Shown: positions 47,258 through 62,009 of the stretch, in pieces
How positions within the stretch are numbered: position 1 is the first letter of the stretch
How the letters are laid out: every line of letters starts with the position of its first letter
Source: an uncultured Anaerolineales bacterium
GTDB taxonomy: Bacteria; Chloroflexota; Anaerolineae; UBA1429
Length of the DNA: 64,000 nt
NCBI GenBank assembly: GCA_964651255.1
Contig: CAZYWU010000001.1
Span: forward strand, 131,890-195,889
Direction: 5' to 3'
The notes under the pieces: model-generated
Database searches by the model: none
The model's input: the letters and a program-made list of their open reading frames with translations, nothing else
Told to the model about the DNA's origin: nothing
Translations under genes and position numbers: made by a program

Positions 47258-49156
47258 TCAGATATCGAGGTTCTCGACCTCGCGCGCGTGCGTTTGAATA
47301 AACTTGCGGCGCGGCGGCACATCATTGCCCATGAGCATATCAAAGATCCGGTCTGCCGAGGCGGCATCCTCGATGGTTACCTGTATCAGCTGCCGGCCCG
47401 CCGGGTCCATGGTGGTCTCCCACAGTTGATCGGCGTTCATCTCACCCAGACCCTTGTAGCGCTGAAGTTCAACACGACTATCGTTGAGCTCCGCCACGCG
47501 TCGATCTTTCTGTTCCTCAGAGTACACATACTCTGACGTTTTGCCCGACGTAATACGGTACAGCGGCGGTTGAGCCAGGAAAAGGTGGCCGTTCGTGATC
47601 AGGTCATCCATGTAGCGGAAGAAAAAGGTGAGCAACAGGGTGATGATATGCGCGCCATCTACGTCAGCATCGGTCATGATGATGATCTTGCCATAACGCA
47701 GATTGCTGAGGTCGAACTGCGCGCCGATGCCGCAGCCCATCGCCTGGATCAGCGCCTTGATCTCATTGTTCTCAAGGGCGTGATCCATACGCTTTTTCTC
47801 GACATTCAGAATCTTGCCGCGCAGAGGCAGGATCGCCTGAAAGCGTCGATCGCGGCCCTGTTTCGCCGATCCGCCGGCCGAGTCTCCCTCTACGATGAAC
47901 AGCTCGGTGCGATTGGCGCTGCGCTCGGAGCAATCGGCGAGCTTGCCCGGCAGTGTACTGCTCTCCAGAGCCGTCTTGCGCAATACCAGCTCTCGGGCCT
48001 GTCTGGCCGCCACGCGCGCCCGGCGCGCAGTGGTGGCCTTGTTGATGATCGTCCTGGCCGCCGGTTCCTTTTCCAGCCACTTGCTCAAGGCCTCGCCAAA
48101 GACGCTCGCCACCTGTCCCTGAACTTCGGCGTTTCCCAGCTTGGCCTTGGTCTGGCTCTCAAACTGCGGATCCGATAGTTTCACGCTGATGATCGCCGTC
48201 AAGCCCTCACGGACGTCCTCTCCCGAGAAGTTCCCTTCACTGTCCTTGAGAATGCCCGAACTGCGCGCATACTCGTTCAGTGAGCGGGTAAGGGCGCTTC
48301 GGAAGCCGGTGAGGTGCGTGCCACCATCGACAGTGTTGATATTGTTGGCGAAGGAGAACACCGACTCGGCATAACCGTCGGTGTACTGAAGCGCCACTTC
48401 GACCGCGGTGCCCTCGATCTCACCTTCGACATAAAAAGCATCATGCAGGCGCTTGCGGTTGCGATTCAGCAGATGGATAAAGGCCCTCAGGCCGCCCTCA
48501 AAGTGGTAGGTGGCCTCGCGCCCGTCTCTGAGATCCCTGGCGTGAATAGTCAAGCCGCGTGTGAGAAAGGCCATCTCGCGAAAGCGCTGAGTTAGCGTCT
48601 TGAAACGATAGTCCAGCGTGCGAATGATGTCAGTGTCCGGCATAAAGTGGGTGCGTGTGCCGTGGCCAGTGGCTTTTCCCAGCTCTGTGACCTCGGTGAC
48701 GGGCAGCCCGCGCTCGTAGCGCTGTGAATAGCGCCGCCCCTCGTATTGCACCTCAACTTCCAGCCAGCGGGAGAGGGCATTCACCGCGGAGACACCCACA
48801 CCGTGGAGCCCGCTGGCGACTTTGTACCCGCCGCCGCCGAACTTGCCGCCCGCGTGCAGGACCGTGTGTACCACCTCCAGCGTGTTGCGCCCGGTGGTCT
48901 TTTCGATGCCGACCGGGATGCCACGCCCGTTGTCCTGCACCGACACGGAACCGTCCTCGTGAATGGTTATCTCTATCCGATCGCATACGCCGGCCAGGGC
49001 CTCATCGATGGAGTTGTCGACCACTTCGTACACGAGATGATGCAGGCCGCGCTGATCTGTGCTCCCGATGTACATACCCGGTCGCCGGCGTACTGCCTCC
49101 AGGCCTTCCAGCACCTGGATGTCGTCTGAGGTGTAGCTGGTGGGTCTGTCCGTCAT
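47258..49156 (-). CDS. gyrB: DNA gyrase subunit B (type IIA topoisomerase ATPase subunit)
   Basis: GHKL ATPase motifs ([17 protein letters not shown]), [24 protein letters not shown]. Confidence 0.85.
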   Translation of the reverse strand: MTDRPTSYTSDDIQVLEGLEAVRRRPGMYIGSTDQRGLHHLVYEVVDNSIDEALAGVCDRIEITIHEDGSVSVQDNGRGIPVGIEKTTGRNTLEVVHTVLHAGGKFGGGGYKVASGLHGVGVSAVNALSRWLEVEVQYEGRRYSQRYERGLPVTEVTELGKATGHGTRTHFMPDTDIIRTLDYRFKTLTQRFREMAFLTRGLTIHARDLRDGREATYHFEGGLRAFIHLLNRNRKRLHDAFYVEGEIEGTAVEVALQYTDGYAESVFSFANNINTVDGGTHLTGFRSALTRSLNEYARSSGILKDSEGNFSGEDVREGLTAIISVKLSDPQFESQTKAKLGNAEVQGQVASVFGEALSKWLEKEPAARTIINKATTARRARVAARQARELVLRKTALESSTLPGKLADCSERSANRTELFIVEGDSAGGSAKQGRDRRFQAILPLRGKILNVEKKRMDHALENNEIKALIQAMGCGIGAQFDLSNLRYGKIIIMTDADVDGAHIITLLLTFFFRYMDDLITNGHLFLAQPPLYRITSGKTSEYVYSEEQKDRRVAELNDSRVELQRYKGLGEMNADQLWETTMDPAGRQLIQVTIEDAASADRIFDMLMGNDVPPRRKFIQTHAREVENLDI

Positions 49157-49189
49157 GACTCCTGTCTTTCTATCTCTGCAAGCGAGGAC

Positions 49190-50101
49190 CTAGGCCTCGC
49201 GGGGCATCTGGATTCGCACGAGCCTCGACGACCGGTCGCTGTAAAAGTAGAACAGTGCCGCAGTCAGGCCAGTTCCAATGAGCGAGCTCAAGATAATTGC
49301 CACGATCATGCCCATGGGAACTACGGTGGCAAGCTGTTGCCACACCAGCGACAGGCCGGCGTCCAGCAGATTGACCAGCAGCAACAAGCCCAGCGTTGGC
49401 CAGAGGCTGGTCCGAACGACGTGTATGCTGACGACCGCAGCCGCAAGCGGCTTGAAACCTCCGAGCGTCACCGCCTGGGGGAAAAAGGACAGATACAGCA
49501 GCATCCACACCAATCCGATGAACAGGAACGCAGCAAAGGGTCCAAGCAAAGCCGTACCAATTGAGGCAGAGATGATCGCAGCTCCGATCGCGAGGGAGAT
49601 CAAGCCCAGCCTTGCCCACGCGGTTGCCACTGACTGCGCAAGCTCGCCAAGGGATAGAGCCTTGCCTTTGAGACTCGTCCCGATCAACACCAGGTAGAGG
49701 GCGGCAAACACCAGGCCGATAGCCAGCACAGCCGCGGCGATCAGCGCGAGTTGCCATACCTGGGTGATCTGTATGACAGCATCCCCGTCACGGATCGGCA
49801 TGCTCGCAGCTATGCTGGGCACTCCCAGGCTGTCCCAGGCGACATAGCCAAAGACATTGATGGCCGCGACGGTTTCACGCAACAGGGTAACTGTCTCTGT
49901 CAGGCTCTCAGAGGTGACCTGGGATGCGGCGAGTGATGCTGTCCAGTTGTTCAGCCAAGTCACCAGCCGTTCGATGAGCACCGACATGGACAGCTTCGGG
50001 GCGCGCCAAAGGGCCATATCCAGGAGAAAGGGGATCAGTGCGAGCCAGGGCCTGCGAAAGACCAGCCTGAATCCTGCGTTCAAAGTGTCAATGACGCCCA
50101 T
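49190..50101 (-). CDS. hypothetical polytopic membrane protein
   Basis: 303 aa, about 6 TM helices, no recognisable catalytic motif. Confidence 0.5.
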   Translation of the reverse strand: MGVIDTLNAGFRLVFRRPWLALIPFLLDMALWRAPKLSMSVLIERLVTWLNNWTASLAASQVTSESLTETVTLLRETVAAINVFGYVAWDSLGVPSIAASMPIRDGDAVIQITQVWQLALIAAAVLAIGLVFAALYLVLIGTSLKGKALSLGELAQSVATAWARLGLISLAIGAAIISASIGTALLGPFAAFLFIGLVWMLLYLSFFPQAVTLGGFKPLAAAVVSIHVVRTSLWPTLGLLLLVNLLDAGLSLVWQQLATVVPMGMIVAIILSSLIGTGLTAALFYFYSDRSSRLVRIQMPREA

Positions 50102-50279
50102 TACACAACCTCCTCAGCGATTCTACCACAATGGTCCAGGGTGTGGAAACGGGCGTCGGCACATGCTTTACGCATTACGTATTGAGTGGGGGAAGGATCA
50201 GCCTCGCGTTTGCTCCATGATCCAGTGTCGCTCGCGACAGCCGCTCTGCGCACAGGTCGTGCATGCTCAGTTCCTGGGT

Positions 50280-51617
50280 TTAGCTTGCCCCGACAGCATA
50301 AGGAACCGTGCCCCACTCTATGGGATCACGGGCGTCCTCAATGGGGCAATCATGTTTGTCCTGATCCTCTTGCGAGATGTCCGCGCCCAGGGAGGCGAGC
50401 TTGGAGCAGATGTCCTCATAGCCACGGTCGATATAGATCACGTTGGCAATCGTTGTGCGTCCCTCGGCGGCCAGCCCGGCCAGAACCATGGCTGCGCCGG
50501 AACGGATATCCAGGGCGCACACGTCAGCGCCATGGAGCGGAGTAGGGCCGTGGACCATCGCCGTGCGGCCCGAGCCGGAGACATCGATCCGGGCGCCCAT
50601 CCTGGCGAGCTCGCTGACGTACTGCAGGCGGCCTTCGAACATGGTCTCGTGAATGGAGCTCCTGCCGTATGCCTGCGTCATCACCGTAGTGAAGGGGGCC
50701 TGCAAGTCCGTGGGAAATCCAGGATACGGGTAGGTCTGAATGTCCGCTGGATCGAGTTTCTCGGGCCCTGTCACCTCGTAAGTATCGCCGTCTGTGCGCA
50801 CGGTCGCGCCAGCGTAACGCAGCTTGTCCGTGAGGGCACCCATCCAGCGTGTGACTCTGCCATCCATCGAAACTTTGCCCCGCGTGATCGCGGCTGCCAA
50901 AGCAAAGGTGCCCGCTTCCATGCGGTCCGGCATAATACGATACACCGCACCATGCAGCCGGGATGCGCCGTCAACACGGATCGTATTGGTGCCAGCACCA
51001 TGAATGCGTGCGCCCATAGCGCACAAAAAGTTCGCCAGGTCCGTGACTTCAGGCTCAATGGATGCATTCTCGATCAGCGTGGTGCCTTCCGCCAGGCAGG
51101 CAGCCATCAGCAGGTTTTCAGTGCCCGTGTGGCTGGGGTAATCGAGATAGAGGCGCTGGCCCTGCAGCCGCGGCGCCGAGATGATATAGTCCAAATCGTC
51201 CGTGGCGACCTCTGCCCCCATCGTCTGAAAGCCCTTGAGGTCCACACTCACCGGCCGCGTGCCGATCGCGCATCCGCCAGGATGCGGCGCCTGCGCATGG
51301 CCGAATCTGGCCAGCAGGGGGCCCACAATGAGAAAACTGGCCCGCATCTTTTGTGCCAGATCACGGGGCAACATGGAGCGGGAGATACGCGTGGCTTTGA
51401 TCCGCAGCACATTAGGACCTTCGAATCGTGCTGCTACGCCCATCCCGTGGAGCACCTTGACCAGGGTGCGTATATCCTCGATGTAGGGCACATTCTCCAG
51501 CAGAACCTCGTCTGCGGTCAGCAGACTGGCCGCAATGATCGGCAGAGCCGCGTTTTTGGCCCCTCCGATGGTCACCTCGCCGCTGAGTGGGCGCCTGCCC
51601 TCTATGACTATCGACAT
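50280..51617 (-). CDS. murA: UDP-N-acetylglucosamine 1-carboxyvinyltransferase
   Basis: [23 protein letters not shown] and the EPT fold. Follows the atp operon. Confidence 0.9.
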   Translation of the reverse strand: MSIVIEGRRPLSGEVTIGGAKNAALPIIAASLLTADEVLLENVPYIEDIRTLVKVLHGMGVAARFEGPNVLRIKATRISRSMLPRDLAQKMRASFLIVGPLLARFGHAQAPHPGGCAIGTRPVSVDLKGFQTMGAEVATDDLDYIISAPRLQGQRLYLDYPSHTGTENLLMAACLAEGTTLIENASIEPEVTDLANFLCAMGARIHGAGTNTIRVDGASRLHGAVYRIMPDRMEAGTFALAAAITRGKVSMDGRVTRWMGALTDKLRYAGATVRTDGDTYEVTGPEKLDPADIQTYPYPGFPTDLQAPFTTVMTQAYGRSSIHETMFEGRLQYVSELARMGARIDVSGSGRTAMVHGPTPLHGADVCALDIRSGAAMVLAGLAAEGRTTIANVIYIDRGYEDICSKLASLGADISQEDQDKHDCPIEDARDPIEWGTVPYAVGAS

Positions 51618-51666
51618 AGCATCATCCCCATCGATGGGTTATTTCCATGAAGCCATTATAGTACAC

Positions 51667-54384
<2,718 letters not shown>

Positions 54385-54387
54385 GCA

Positions 54388-55926
54388 TCACCCTCGTTTT
54401 TCCCAGATGGTGCGCTGGAAGTCATTTAGTGCGAGGCTCAAGGAGTTTTCAAGCTCCGGGGTCATACGGCGCTCAAAGGCGATGGCGTTGCGTACACTCT
54501 GTCGCTCACGGTTGAGGTACTGCACGAGCAGCGACTCGAACTCGGAAACGTCGTCGATTGCCACATGCTGAAGATACCCATGCGTGGCCGCGAAAAAGAT
54601 GGCCACCTGATCCTCTGGTGCAAAGTAGGTGTGCTGCGGCTGCTTGATAAGCTCCACAAGCCGCGCGCCACGGTTCAGGGCAGTCTGCGTCGCCGCATCC
54701 AGGTCGGTACCGAACTGAGCAAAGGCTTGCAACTCCCGGTACTGGGCCATATCCAAACGCATCTGCCCGGCTACCTGACGCATGGCCGGGCTCTGGGCTG
54801 CGCCCCCTACGCGTGACACTGATAGGCCGGCGTTGATGGCCGGCCGCACGCCGCTGTGGAACAGCTCGGTCTCGAGATAGATCTGCCCATCTGTGATGGA
54901 GATAATGTTCGTTGGAATGTAGGCCGCCAGATCCCCGAGCTGGGTCTCGACAATGGGGAGGGCTGTCATCGAGCCGCCCCCGCGACGCTCGTCGAGACGG
55001 CCTGCGCGCTCAAGAAGGCGTGCATGGAGGTAGAAAATGTCACCAGGGTAGGCCTCGCGGCCGGGCGGACGGCGCAGAAGCAAGGATAGTTGCCGGTAGG
55101 CCCAGGCATGTTTGGTCAAATCGTCATACACGATCAGTGTGTCACGGCCGCTCTGCATAAACTCCTCGGCCATGGCACAGCCCGCGTAGGGCGCAATGTA
55201 CTGCAGAGCTGCAGGTGCACTGGCCTCAGCGGTGATCACAATTGTGTGCTCCATCGCCCCGCTGCGCTGCAGTGCGTTAACAACCTGTGCGACGTTGGAG
55301 AGCTTTTGACCGATGGCGACATAGACGCACAGCACATCGTTCGGGCGCTGGTTGAGTATGGTATCCACCGCCAGGGTTGTCTTACCGGTCTGCCGGTCCC
55401 CGATAATCAGCTGGCGCTGGCCGCGCCCGATGGGGACCAGGGCATCGACAGCCTTAATACCAGTGGTCAGCGGCTGATCTACCGGGGCGCGCTCGATAAT
55501 GCCAGGGGCGGGTCTCTCAATGGCCCGCACCCGCGCCGTGCTGACGGGGCCTTTGCCATCGACAGGGCGGCCGAGGGCGTCAACCACGCGCCCCAGCATC
55601 TGCTCTCCCACAGGCACAGAGGCCACATAGCCCAGGGCCTGAACATTGCCCCCGCGCACGATGCCCTCGTTGGAGCCCATGATGATGGCGCCGACGCTCT
55701 CTGTGGTGAGGTTCAGGGCCATGCCCAGGGAATCGTTGTCGAACCGGAGGATCTCGCCCACCATAGCCTGGCGCAGCCCGGAGACGTGGACAATGCTTTC
55801 GCCCACATCCATGACGGTGCCCATGGAGACTGGCTCGGGGGTATACTCGAAATGGGCGATCTCCTCCCTGAACTCTTGCAGGAGGCGCTCCAGTCCAGGC
55901 GCATACACGTGAGAACTGTCGCTCAT
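54388..55926 (-). CDS. atpA: F1 ATP synthase alpha subunit
   Basis: GDRQTGKT P-loop. The ATG at 55926 overlaps the atpH stop (ATGA), with an AGGGAG SD. Confidence 0.95.
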   Translation of the reverse strand: MSDSSHVYAPGLERLLQEFREEIAHFEYTPEPVSMGTVMDVGESIVHVSGLRQAMVGEILRFDNDSLGMALNLTTESVGAIIMGSNEGIVRGGNVQALGYVASVPVGEQMLGRVVDALGRPVDGKGPVSTARVRAIERPAPGIIERAPVDQPLTTGIKAVDALVPIGRGQRQLIIGDRQTGKTTLAVDTILNQRPNDVLCVYVAIGQKLSNVAQVVNALQRSGAMEHTIVITAEASAPAALQYIAPYAGCAMAEEFMQSGRDTLIVYDDLTKHAWAYRQLSLLLRRPPGREAYPGDIFYLHARLLERAGRLDERRGGGSMTALPIVETQLGDLAAYIPTNIISITDGQIYLETELFHSGVRPAINAGLSVSRVGGAAQSPAMRQVAGQMRLDMAQYRELQAFAQFGTDLDAATQTALNRGARLVELIKQPQHTYFAPEDQVAIFFAATHGYLQHVAIDDVSEFESLLVQYLNRERQSVRNAIAFERRMTPELENSLSLALNDFQRTIWEKRG

Positions 55927-56291
55927 AGGGGCTCCCTGTTTGCAGCGGGGCCGGCGCCCTCGGGAATCACGCAGCTGGCGCACAGACGCTCATGCAGGGC
56001 GTTCAGGCGCGCACGGACGGTGCCGTCGATCACGAGGTCATCCATGCGCACCCACACCCCGCCGAGAATAGAGGGGTCCATACGCACCTCCATCTCCACG
56101 GGGCGTCCGGCGATGCGCTCCAGACAGGCACGGAGCCGCGTCTCTTCTTCGTGCGTCAGCGGCACCACAACGCGCACCTCGGCGAGCTGTGGTGACTGCT
56201 CAAGCAGCATGGTGCCGTCCGGCGCAAAGAGGCTGTCGCTCCGTTGCGGGCCAAGGGCGTCAGTAAGGGCGGCGGAAGCGTTGCTGGTCAT
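55923..56291 (-). CDS. atpH: F1 ATP synthase delta (OSCP) subunit, short form (122 aa)
   Basis: C-terminal ILGGVWVRMDDLVIDGTVRARL matches the delta C-terminal domain. ATGA overlaps on both sides. Confidence 0.65.
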   Translation of the reverse strand: MTSNASAALTDALGPQRSDSLFAPDGTMLLEQSPQLAEVRVVVPLTHEEETRLRACLERIAGRPVEMEVRMDPSILGGVWVRMDDLVIDGTVRARLNALHERLCASCVIPEGAGPAANREPL

Positions 56292-56779
56292 GAAGGCTCA
56301 ACCTGCGTGAGGAACTCTTCGATGAGCCTGTGGTGCACGGCCTCATCCAGGTCTTGCCCAATGACCCGGGATGCTGCAGCAATGGCCAGGTCGACAATCT
56401 GCTGTCTGAGGGCGATTTCGCCCAGTTGTAGCTCACGCTCGGCCTGCTCTTGAGCGCGTGTGATGATCTGCTGAGCCTCTTCCCGGGCAGCGGCAAGGAT
56501 CTCCTGGCGCTGCTGTTCCGCGGCCCGCGTACCTTGCTCAATGATGTCGTGCGCCTCGCGTTGCGCCCGGTCTATCTCCTCACTGTACCGCTGCTGCATG
56601 GCGGCCAGCAACTCGTCGGCGGCCCTGGCCTTGGCCAGGCTCTCCTCAACGCGTTTGGCACGCGCTTCAAACGCGGCCAACAGTGGCTTGTGAAGCAAGT
56701 GATGCAGGATCAAGATCATCAACGTAAAGTTGACGATCTGTGACAAGAGCAGACGCGGGTCCAGTCCTAGTTCACCCAC
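56288..56779 (-). CDS. atpF: Fo ATP synthase b subunit
   Basis: Single N-terminal TM helix and a long charged coiled coil. Confidence 0.8.
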   Translation of the reverse strand: MGELGLDPRLLLSQIVNFTLMILILHHLLHKPLLAAFEARAKRVEESLAKARAADELLAAMQQRYSEEIDRAQREAHDIIEQGTRAAEQQRQEILAAAREEAQQIITRAQEQAERELQLGEIALRQQIVDLAIAAASRVIGQDLDEAVHHRLIEEFLTQVEPS

Positions 56780-56807
56780 GGCGACTTCCTTTCGTAACCC
56801 GGCTCAT

Positions 56808-57032
56808 CTACGCGACAAACTTGACGGCAAGCGCCACCACAAGAGCGTAGATGGCAATGGCCTCTGTAAAGGCCAGAGCGATGATGAGGTTGGTGCTCAC
56901 AGCGCGCTCAGCCTCCGGGTTGCGGCCCAGCGCCTCCATGGCTGCCGACGCCAGCCTGCCGATTGCGATGGAGGGCCCCAGGCTTCCCACTGCGATTGTC
57001 AACCCTGCTACCAGATCCGGTGTGATTTCCAT
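56808..57032 (-). CDS. atpE: Fo ATP synthase c subunit
   Basis: 74-aa hairpin with GRNPEA loop and conserved carboxylate helix (AFTEAIAIYALVVA). Confidence 0.9.
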   Translation of the reverse strand: MEITPDLVAGLTIAVGSLGPSIAIGRLASAAMEALGRNPEAERAVSTNLIIALAFTEAIAIYALVVALAVKFVA

Positions 57033-57077
57033 GCGTTACTCCTACAAACGAATTTGCTGCGACTGCCGTCTCGCCTG

Positions 57078-57959
57078 TCAGCCGTGTGTCGATGCGGCGC
57101 GAACAGCAAAGGCGGTGCTCAGTATCGTAAAGATCACAGCCTGGACGAATCCGGTCATGATCTCCAGCCCAATAAAGGGCAGAGACACGATATAGGGCAA
57201 GATAAAGGCGATCACCAGCAACAGAACCTCGCCCCCAAACATATTCCCAAAAAGACGAAAGGAAAATGAGATCACTTTGGTAAGCTCCTCAAAGATCTCC
57301 AGCAACCCGATAAAGAGCTCGAGTACGCCATTGAGGAGCAATCCGGGCTGGACCTTGCCAGATTGCAGCTGGCGGAAGAACTGGACGAATGAACCGATGC
57401 GAACAAAGCGGCTAATGTAGGTGAGTGACCCCTGGATATAGATGCCATAGATCTGTGCGGAGAGTACAGACAGGAACGCGAGTGCGACAGTGGTGTTGAG
57501 GTCGGCTGTGGCGCCACGCAGCAGCGGAATAAACTCCCTTGCCTCTCCCTCTCCGCGCCATAGGCCGATGCTGCCGAAACCCGGGAACAGGGAGAACAGG
57601 TTCATCGCAAGGATCGAGATGAAAAAGCCGGCAGCGATGGTATAGTACTTGCGCACCAGGGGCCCGGCAAAGCGCTCGAGATAGTCCAGCAACCCCTCAA
57701 AGATGGTCTGCACAATATTCTGAACAGAGTGCGGCGCGGGGCATTCCACCATCCGCCTGCGGACGATCCATGCCAGGAGCGTAAGCATCGCCATTACGAC
57801 CCAGGTCGCGAGTATCGAGTTGGTGACGACGAGCGGCCCCGCCTCGAACAACACCTCGGCGTTGATCGCAATGTTCAGTTCGTCGAGCCGAAGGGGTGCG
57901 TACAGGTTTGCGCCAATGATGGCGACAATTGCCAGCCCGATCAGTACCTTTTTGATCAC
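57078..57959 (-). CDS. atpB: Fo ATP synthase a subunit
   Basis: 293 aa polytopic, with conserved Arg in the penultimate helix (LSFRLFGNMFGGE). Confidence 0.85.
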   Translation of the reverse strand: MIKKVLIGLAIVAIIGANLYAPLRLDELNIAINAEVLFEAGPLVVTNSILATWVVMAMLTLLAWIVRRRMVECPAPHSVQNIVQTIFEGLLDYLERFAGPLVRKYYTIAAGFFISILAMNLFSLFPGFGSIGLWRGEGEAREFIPLLRGATADLNTTVALAFLSVLSAQIYGIYIQGSLTYISRFVRIGSFVQFFRQLQSGKVQPGLLLNGVLELFIGLLEIFEELTKVISFSFRLFGNMFGGEVLLLVIAFILPYIVSLPFIGLEIMTGFVQAVIFTILSTAFAVRAASTHG

Positions 57960-58426
57960 GTGCTATCTCCCTCGCGGTCTTTCGCACGCATAGATTCGAC
58001 AATTTCCAACAGGCCGACCACTGCGATGACCAATCCCACAATCATCAATGCCAACGAAAACACAATCTCAGTGCCCAGATAGCGATCGAGCCACAGGCCA
58101 GGCAATCGCAAGATAACAGGCAGCGCCACAAGGGCCAGGGCCTTGACAGCTGTCTTGAGCCCGCCACCTAAGCCGGAGAAAGCATAGCCAGCTGTGTCAC
58201 TCTCGTTCAGATAATCTCTCGTGCGGATGGCCAGGCGAATGATCGCGACCTGACCGATGACGATGCCGGCGATGAGCAGGAGAATCGTCGCATATGGGGC
58301 TGTACCGAGGAGGTCGTCGACCTGTCTTCCGACCCACAGTCCGAGGAAGATCAGCCCAGCTGCGGTCAGTCCCATGGTCATGCCCAGCTCCGTAGCAAGG
58401 CCTGCGATCTGTCTCTTGTTGTTCAT
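57956..58426 (-). CDS. atpI: AtpI/AtpZ-like small membrane protein preceding atpB
   Basis: Hydrophobic 4-TM protein immediately upstream of, and overlapping, atpB. Start uncertain; may be two fused small genes. Confidence 0.45.
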   Translation of the reverse strand: MNNKRQIAGLATELGMTMGLTAAGLIFLGLWVGRQVDDLLGTAPYATILLLIAGIVIGQVAIIRLAIRTRDYLNESDTAGYAFSGLGGGLKTAVKALALVALPVILRLPGLWLDRYLGTEIVFSLALMIVGLVIAVVGLLEIVESMRAKDREGDST

Positions 58427-58564
58427 GCGTGCTCCGAGCTCTCGCCCTGGCGGACGCCACCGGTGCCGCACTGCACCAAGGACGAAATGATACACCCCTG
58501 CATGGAGAGCGTCAAACCTTTCGGCACTGTTGGCACAGTTAAGCAAGCTGCTGGCAGCGCAGCG

Positions 58565-60061
<1,497 letters not shown>

Positions 60062-60086
60062 AGGTACCCCCGGATTGTCTTCTGCG

Positions 60087-61106
60087 TTAAAGATCTGACA
60101 GTGTGGTAGCTTTGGCCTTTTCCGCGGGCTCTGGACGCGGGCTGGCGGACACAGCAGACAGTATGCTGTCCTGAATCATGTGCGCCAGTCGGTCGGCTGC
60201 TTCAGGCGGGACCGCTAGTGCGTCGTTTGGCAGCTCACCCCGGGTAAGAGCATCAAGCTCCTGTTGGGCGATGGTGTCGGTCCATACGCCCAGCTGCACA
60301 TTGTCGAGCAGCACGACAGTGGTCCCTTGCTGGTCTGCCCTGGAAAGGGCGATTTGTTCGGCCACCCCTGCTACATGCTGTTCGCTGAGGTCGATAGGTA
60401 TGACAGCGATGTGCTGCACCTGCTGCAACGCCAGACTTAGCAGCTGGCTGGTCACGGTAGGGGATGCAAAGGGATGAGCCTTGCACACGATACAGGCGTC
60501 GGCCAGCCGCCGCTTCAGCTGCTCCGTCAGCGCCGCCAACGCCTTTGCTGTGGCAGGGAAGTCCTGTTCGGCTGAGTAGGAGCGTCTGATCCGGGCGAGG
60601 ATCCAAGGCCTGGAGAACCAACCCGAGTCCTCGCGGGTTGCAGTTACCGATGGACGCAGATAGGCGACCCAGTGCTCAGGGCCTGCGTAGTGTTCCGGGT
60701 GCGCCTGCGCCACCAGTACCACCGCACAAGGTCGTACCGGGTGGTCTGTTTCGTCACCCGTAATCATCGACCACTCCTGTGTAGACGACACCTGGCGGGC
60801 TCTTGCGGCGTAGGCGATGAGTGCACAGAATGCCACGATAGCAGCTGCCATGATTCCGCTCGTGGGGCGCGTCCATCCCATCCAGAGGACAAGGGCAAGT
60901 GCGATGACAACACCCAGCCCGATGCGGTAACGCTGACGCGGGAGGTCACTGGGGGCACATGTCAGGTAATTGGCTGTCCCCCAGCCGATAATCATGCCAC
61001 AAGTCGCCAGAACAACCCGATTCCACACCGCTGTTCCCCTTTGATCCGTTCCCTTGCTTCCGGCGGGCTCGGTCCAAGCCGGAAGGCAAGGGTTCGGTGC
61101 CGTCAC
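60087..61106 (-). CDS. hypothetical membrane-anchored protein (2 N-terminal TM helices), translationally coupled to the second atpG
   Basis: 339 aa. ATGA overlap with the gamma-2 stop at 61103-61106. No family recognised. Confidence 0.45.
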   Translation of the reverse strand: MTAPNPCLPAWTEPAGSKGTDQRGTAVWNRVVLATCGMIIGWGTANYLTCAPSDLPRQRYRIGLGVVIALALVLWMGWTRPTSGIMAAAIVAFCALIAYAARARQVSSTQEWSMITGDETDHPVRPCAVVLVAQAHPEHYAGPEHWVAYLRPSVTATREDSGWFSRPWILARIRRSYSAEQDFPATAKALAALTEQLKRRLADACIVCKAHPFASPTVTSQLLSLALQQVQHIAVIPIDLSEQHVAGVAEQIALSRADQQGTTVVLLDNVQLGVWTDTIAQQELDALTRGELPNDALAVPPEAADRLAHMIQDSILSAVSASPRPEPAEKAKATTLSDL

Positions 61107-62008
61107 ATATCAGAAACCTGCGTCTGCCCGCGGCTGGCCTCTGCGCCGGCTGCGAGGTCGAGCATCTCCATGGTGATGGCATGCTGACGGGCCGAGTGAT
61201 ACTGCAACGTCAGTTCTTCGATCACCCGTGCAAGGTTGCTGCTGGCCGTGTCCATCGCGCGGTAGCGCGCGGCCTGCTCGCTGGCGGCCGCCTCGATAAC
61301 CATGCGGTACAGGCGTGCCGTGGTCCACTCTGTCAGTGCACGCTGAAAGAGTGTGACAGGATCGCCCTCGATGATGATCTCCGGTCTCTCTGCGGCAGCT
61401 CGGGGCAGGATGCTTTCGTCCACAGGCGACCATCGTTCGGAGACCACTGGGGCCAGTGTGCCACCGCGATAGGGAGAGTATAGAATGTACACTGCGTCCG
61501 CCGTGCCCTCGGACATCTCCTCACGCAACTCGGTGGCAATCTGGTTCACCATCTCCATGGTGGCGACCCGAGAGGTGGGCAGCGGCCACTCCAGGCTGAC
61601 CTGCCTGCCCAGGCGACGAAGGTAGGCGGCCCCGCGCGCGCCCAGGGCGCCCACGTGCACCTCGTCGCTCTGCACGGCCTGGCTCGTGATCAACTGGTCG
61701 GCGCCGCGAGCCACCAGATCATTATAGGCACCGCAGAGACCGCGCTGTGAGCTGATGACCACCAGTAGAGGGCGCCGGGGCGGCTCTGTCCCCTGGCGCA
61801 TCCCCAGGGATCGCAGGGAGGGTTGTGGTATCAGATGGATTGTCGATGAGAGCACCCACCGCAAATAGTCGCTAAAGCTGGTGCTTGCCTCGCGCCGCTG
61901 CAGTGCCTGCCGCCAGCCGCCTGCGCTGATGGTCCGCATCGAGGTGACGATGGGCTCGATGGCCTCGATGTTGTCGCGCCGCTCCCTGATCTGCTCGATG
62001 TCTTCCAT
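61103..62008 (-). CDS. atpG: F1 ATP synthase gamma subunit, second copy
   Basis: IRERRDNIEAIEPIVTSMRTIS N-terminus and LTLQYHSARQHAITMEMLD C-terminus. Confidence 0.8.
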   Translation of the reverse strand: MEDIEQIRERRDNIEAIEPIVTSMRTISAGGWRQALQRREASTSFSDYLRWVLSSTIHLIPQPSLRSLGMRQGTEPPRRPLLVVISSQRGLCGAYNDLVARGADQLITSQAVQSDEVHVGALGARGAAYLRRLGRQVSLEWPLPTSRVATMEMVNQIATELREEMSEGTADAVYILYSPYRGGTLAPVVSERWSPVDESILPRAAAERPEIIIEGDPVTLFQRALTEWTTARLYRMVIEAAASEQAARYRAMDTASSNLARVIEELTLQYHSARQHAITMEMLDLAAGAEASRGQTQVSDM

Positions 62009-62009
62009 G

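Noticed and set aside
49857-51650. 597-aa plus-strand ORF antisense to the membrane protein and murA
   Set aside because: Crosses two minus-strand genes and their intergenic gap. No motifs.
55090-56310. 406-aa plus-strand ORF antisense to atpA/atpH
   Set aside because: Opposite the ATP synthase alpha gene. GC artefact.
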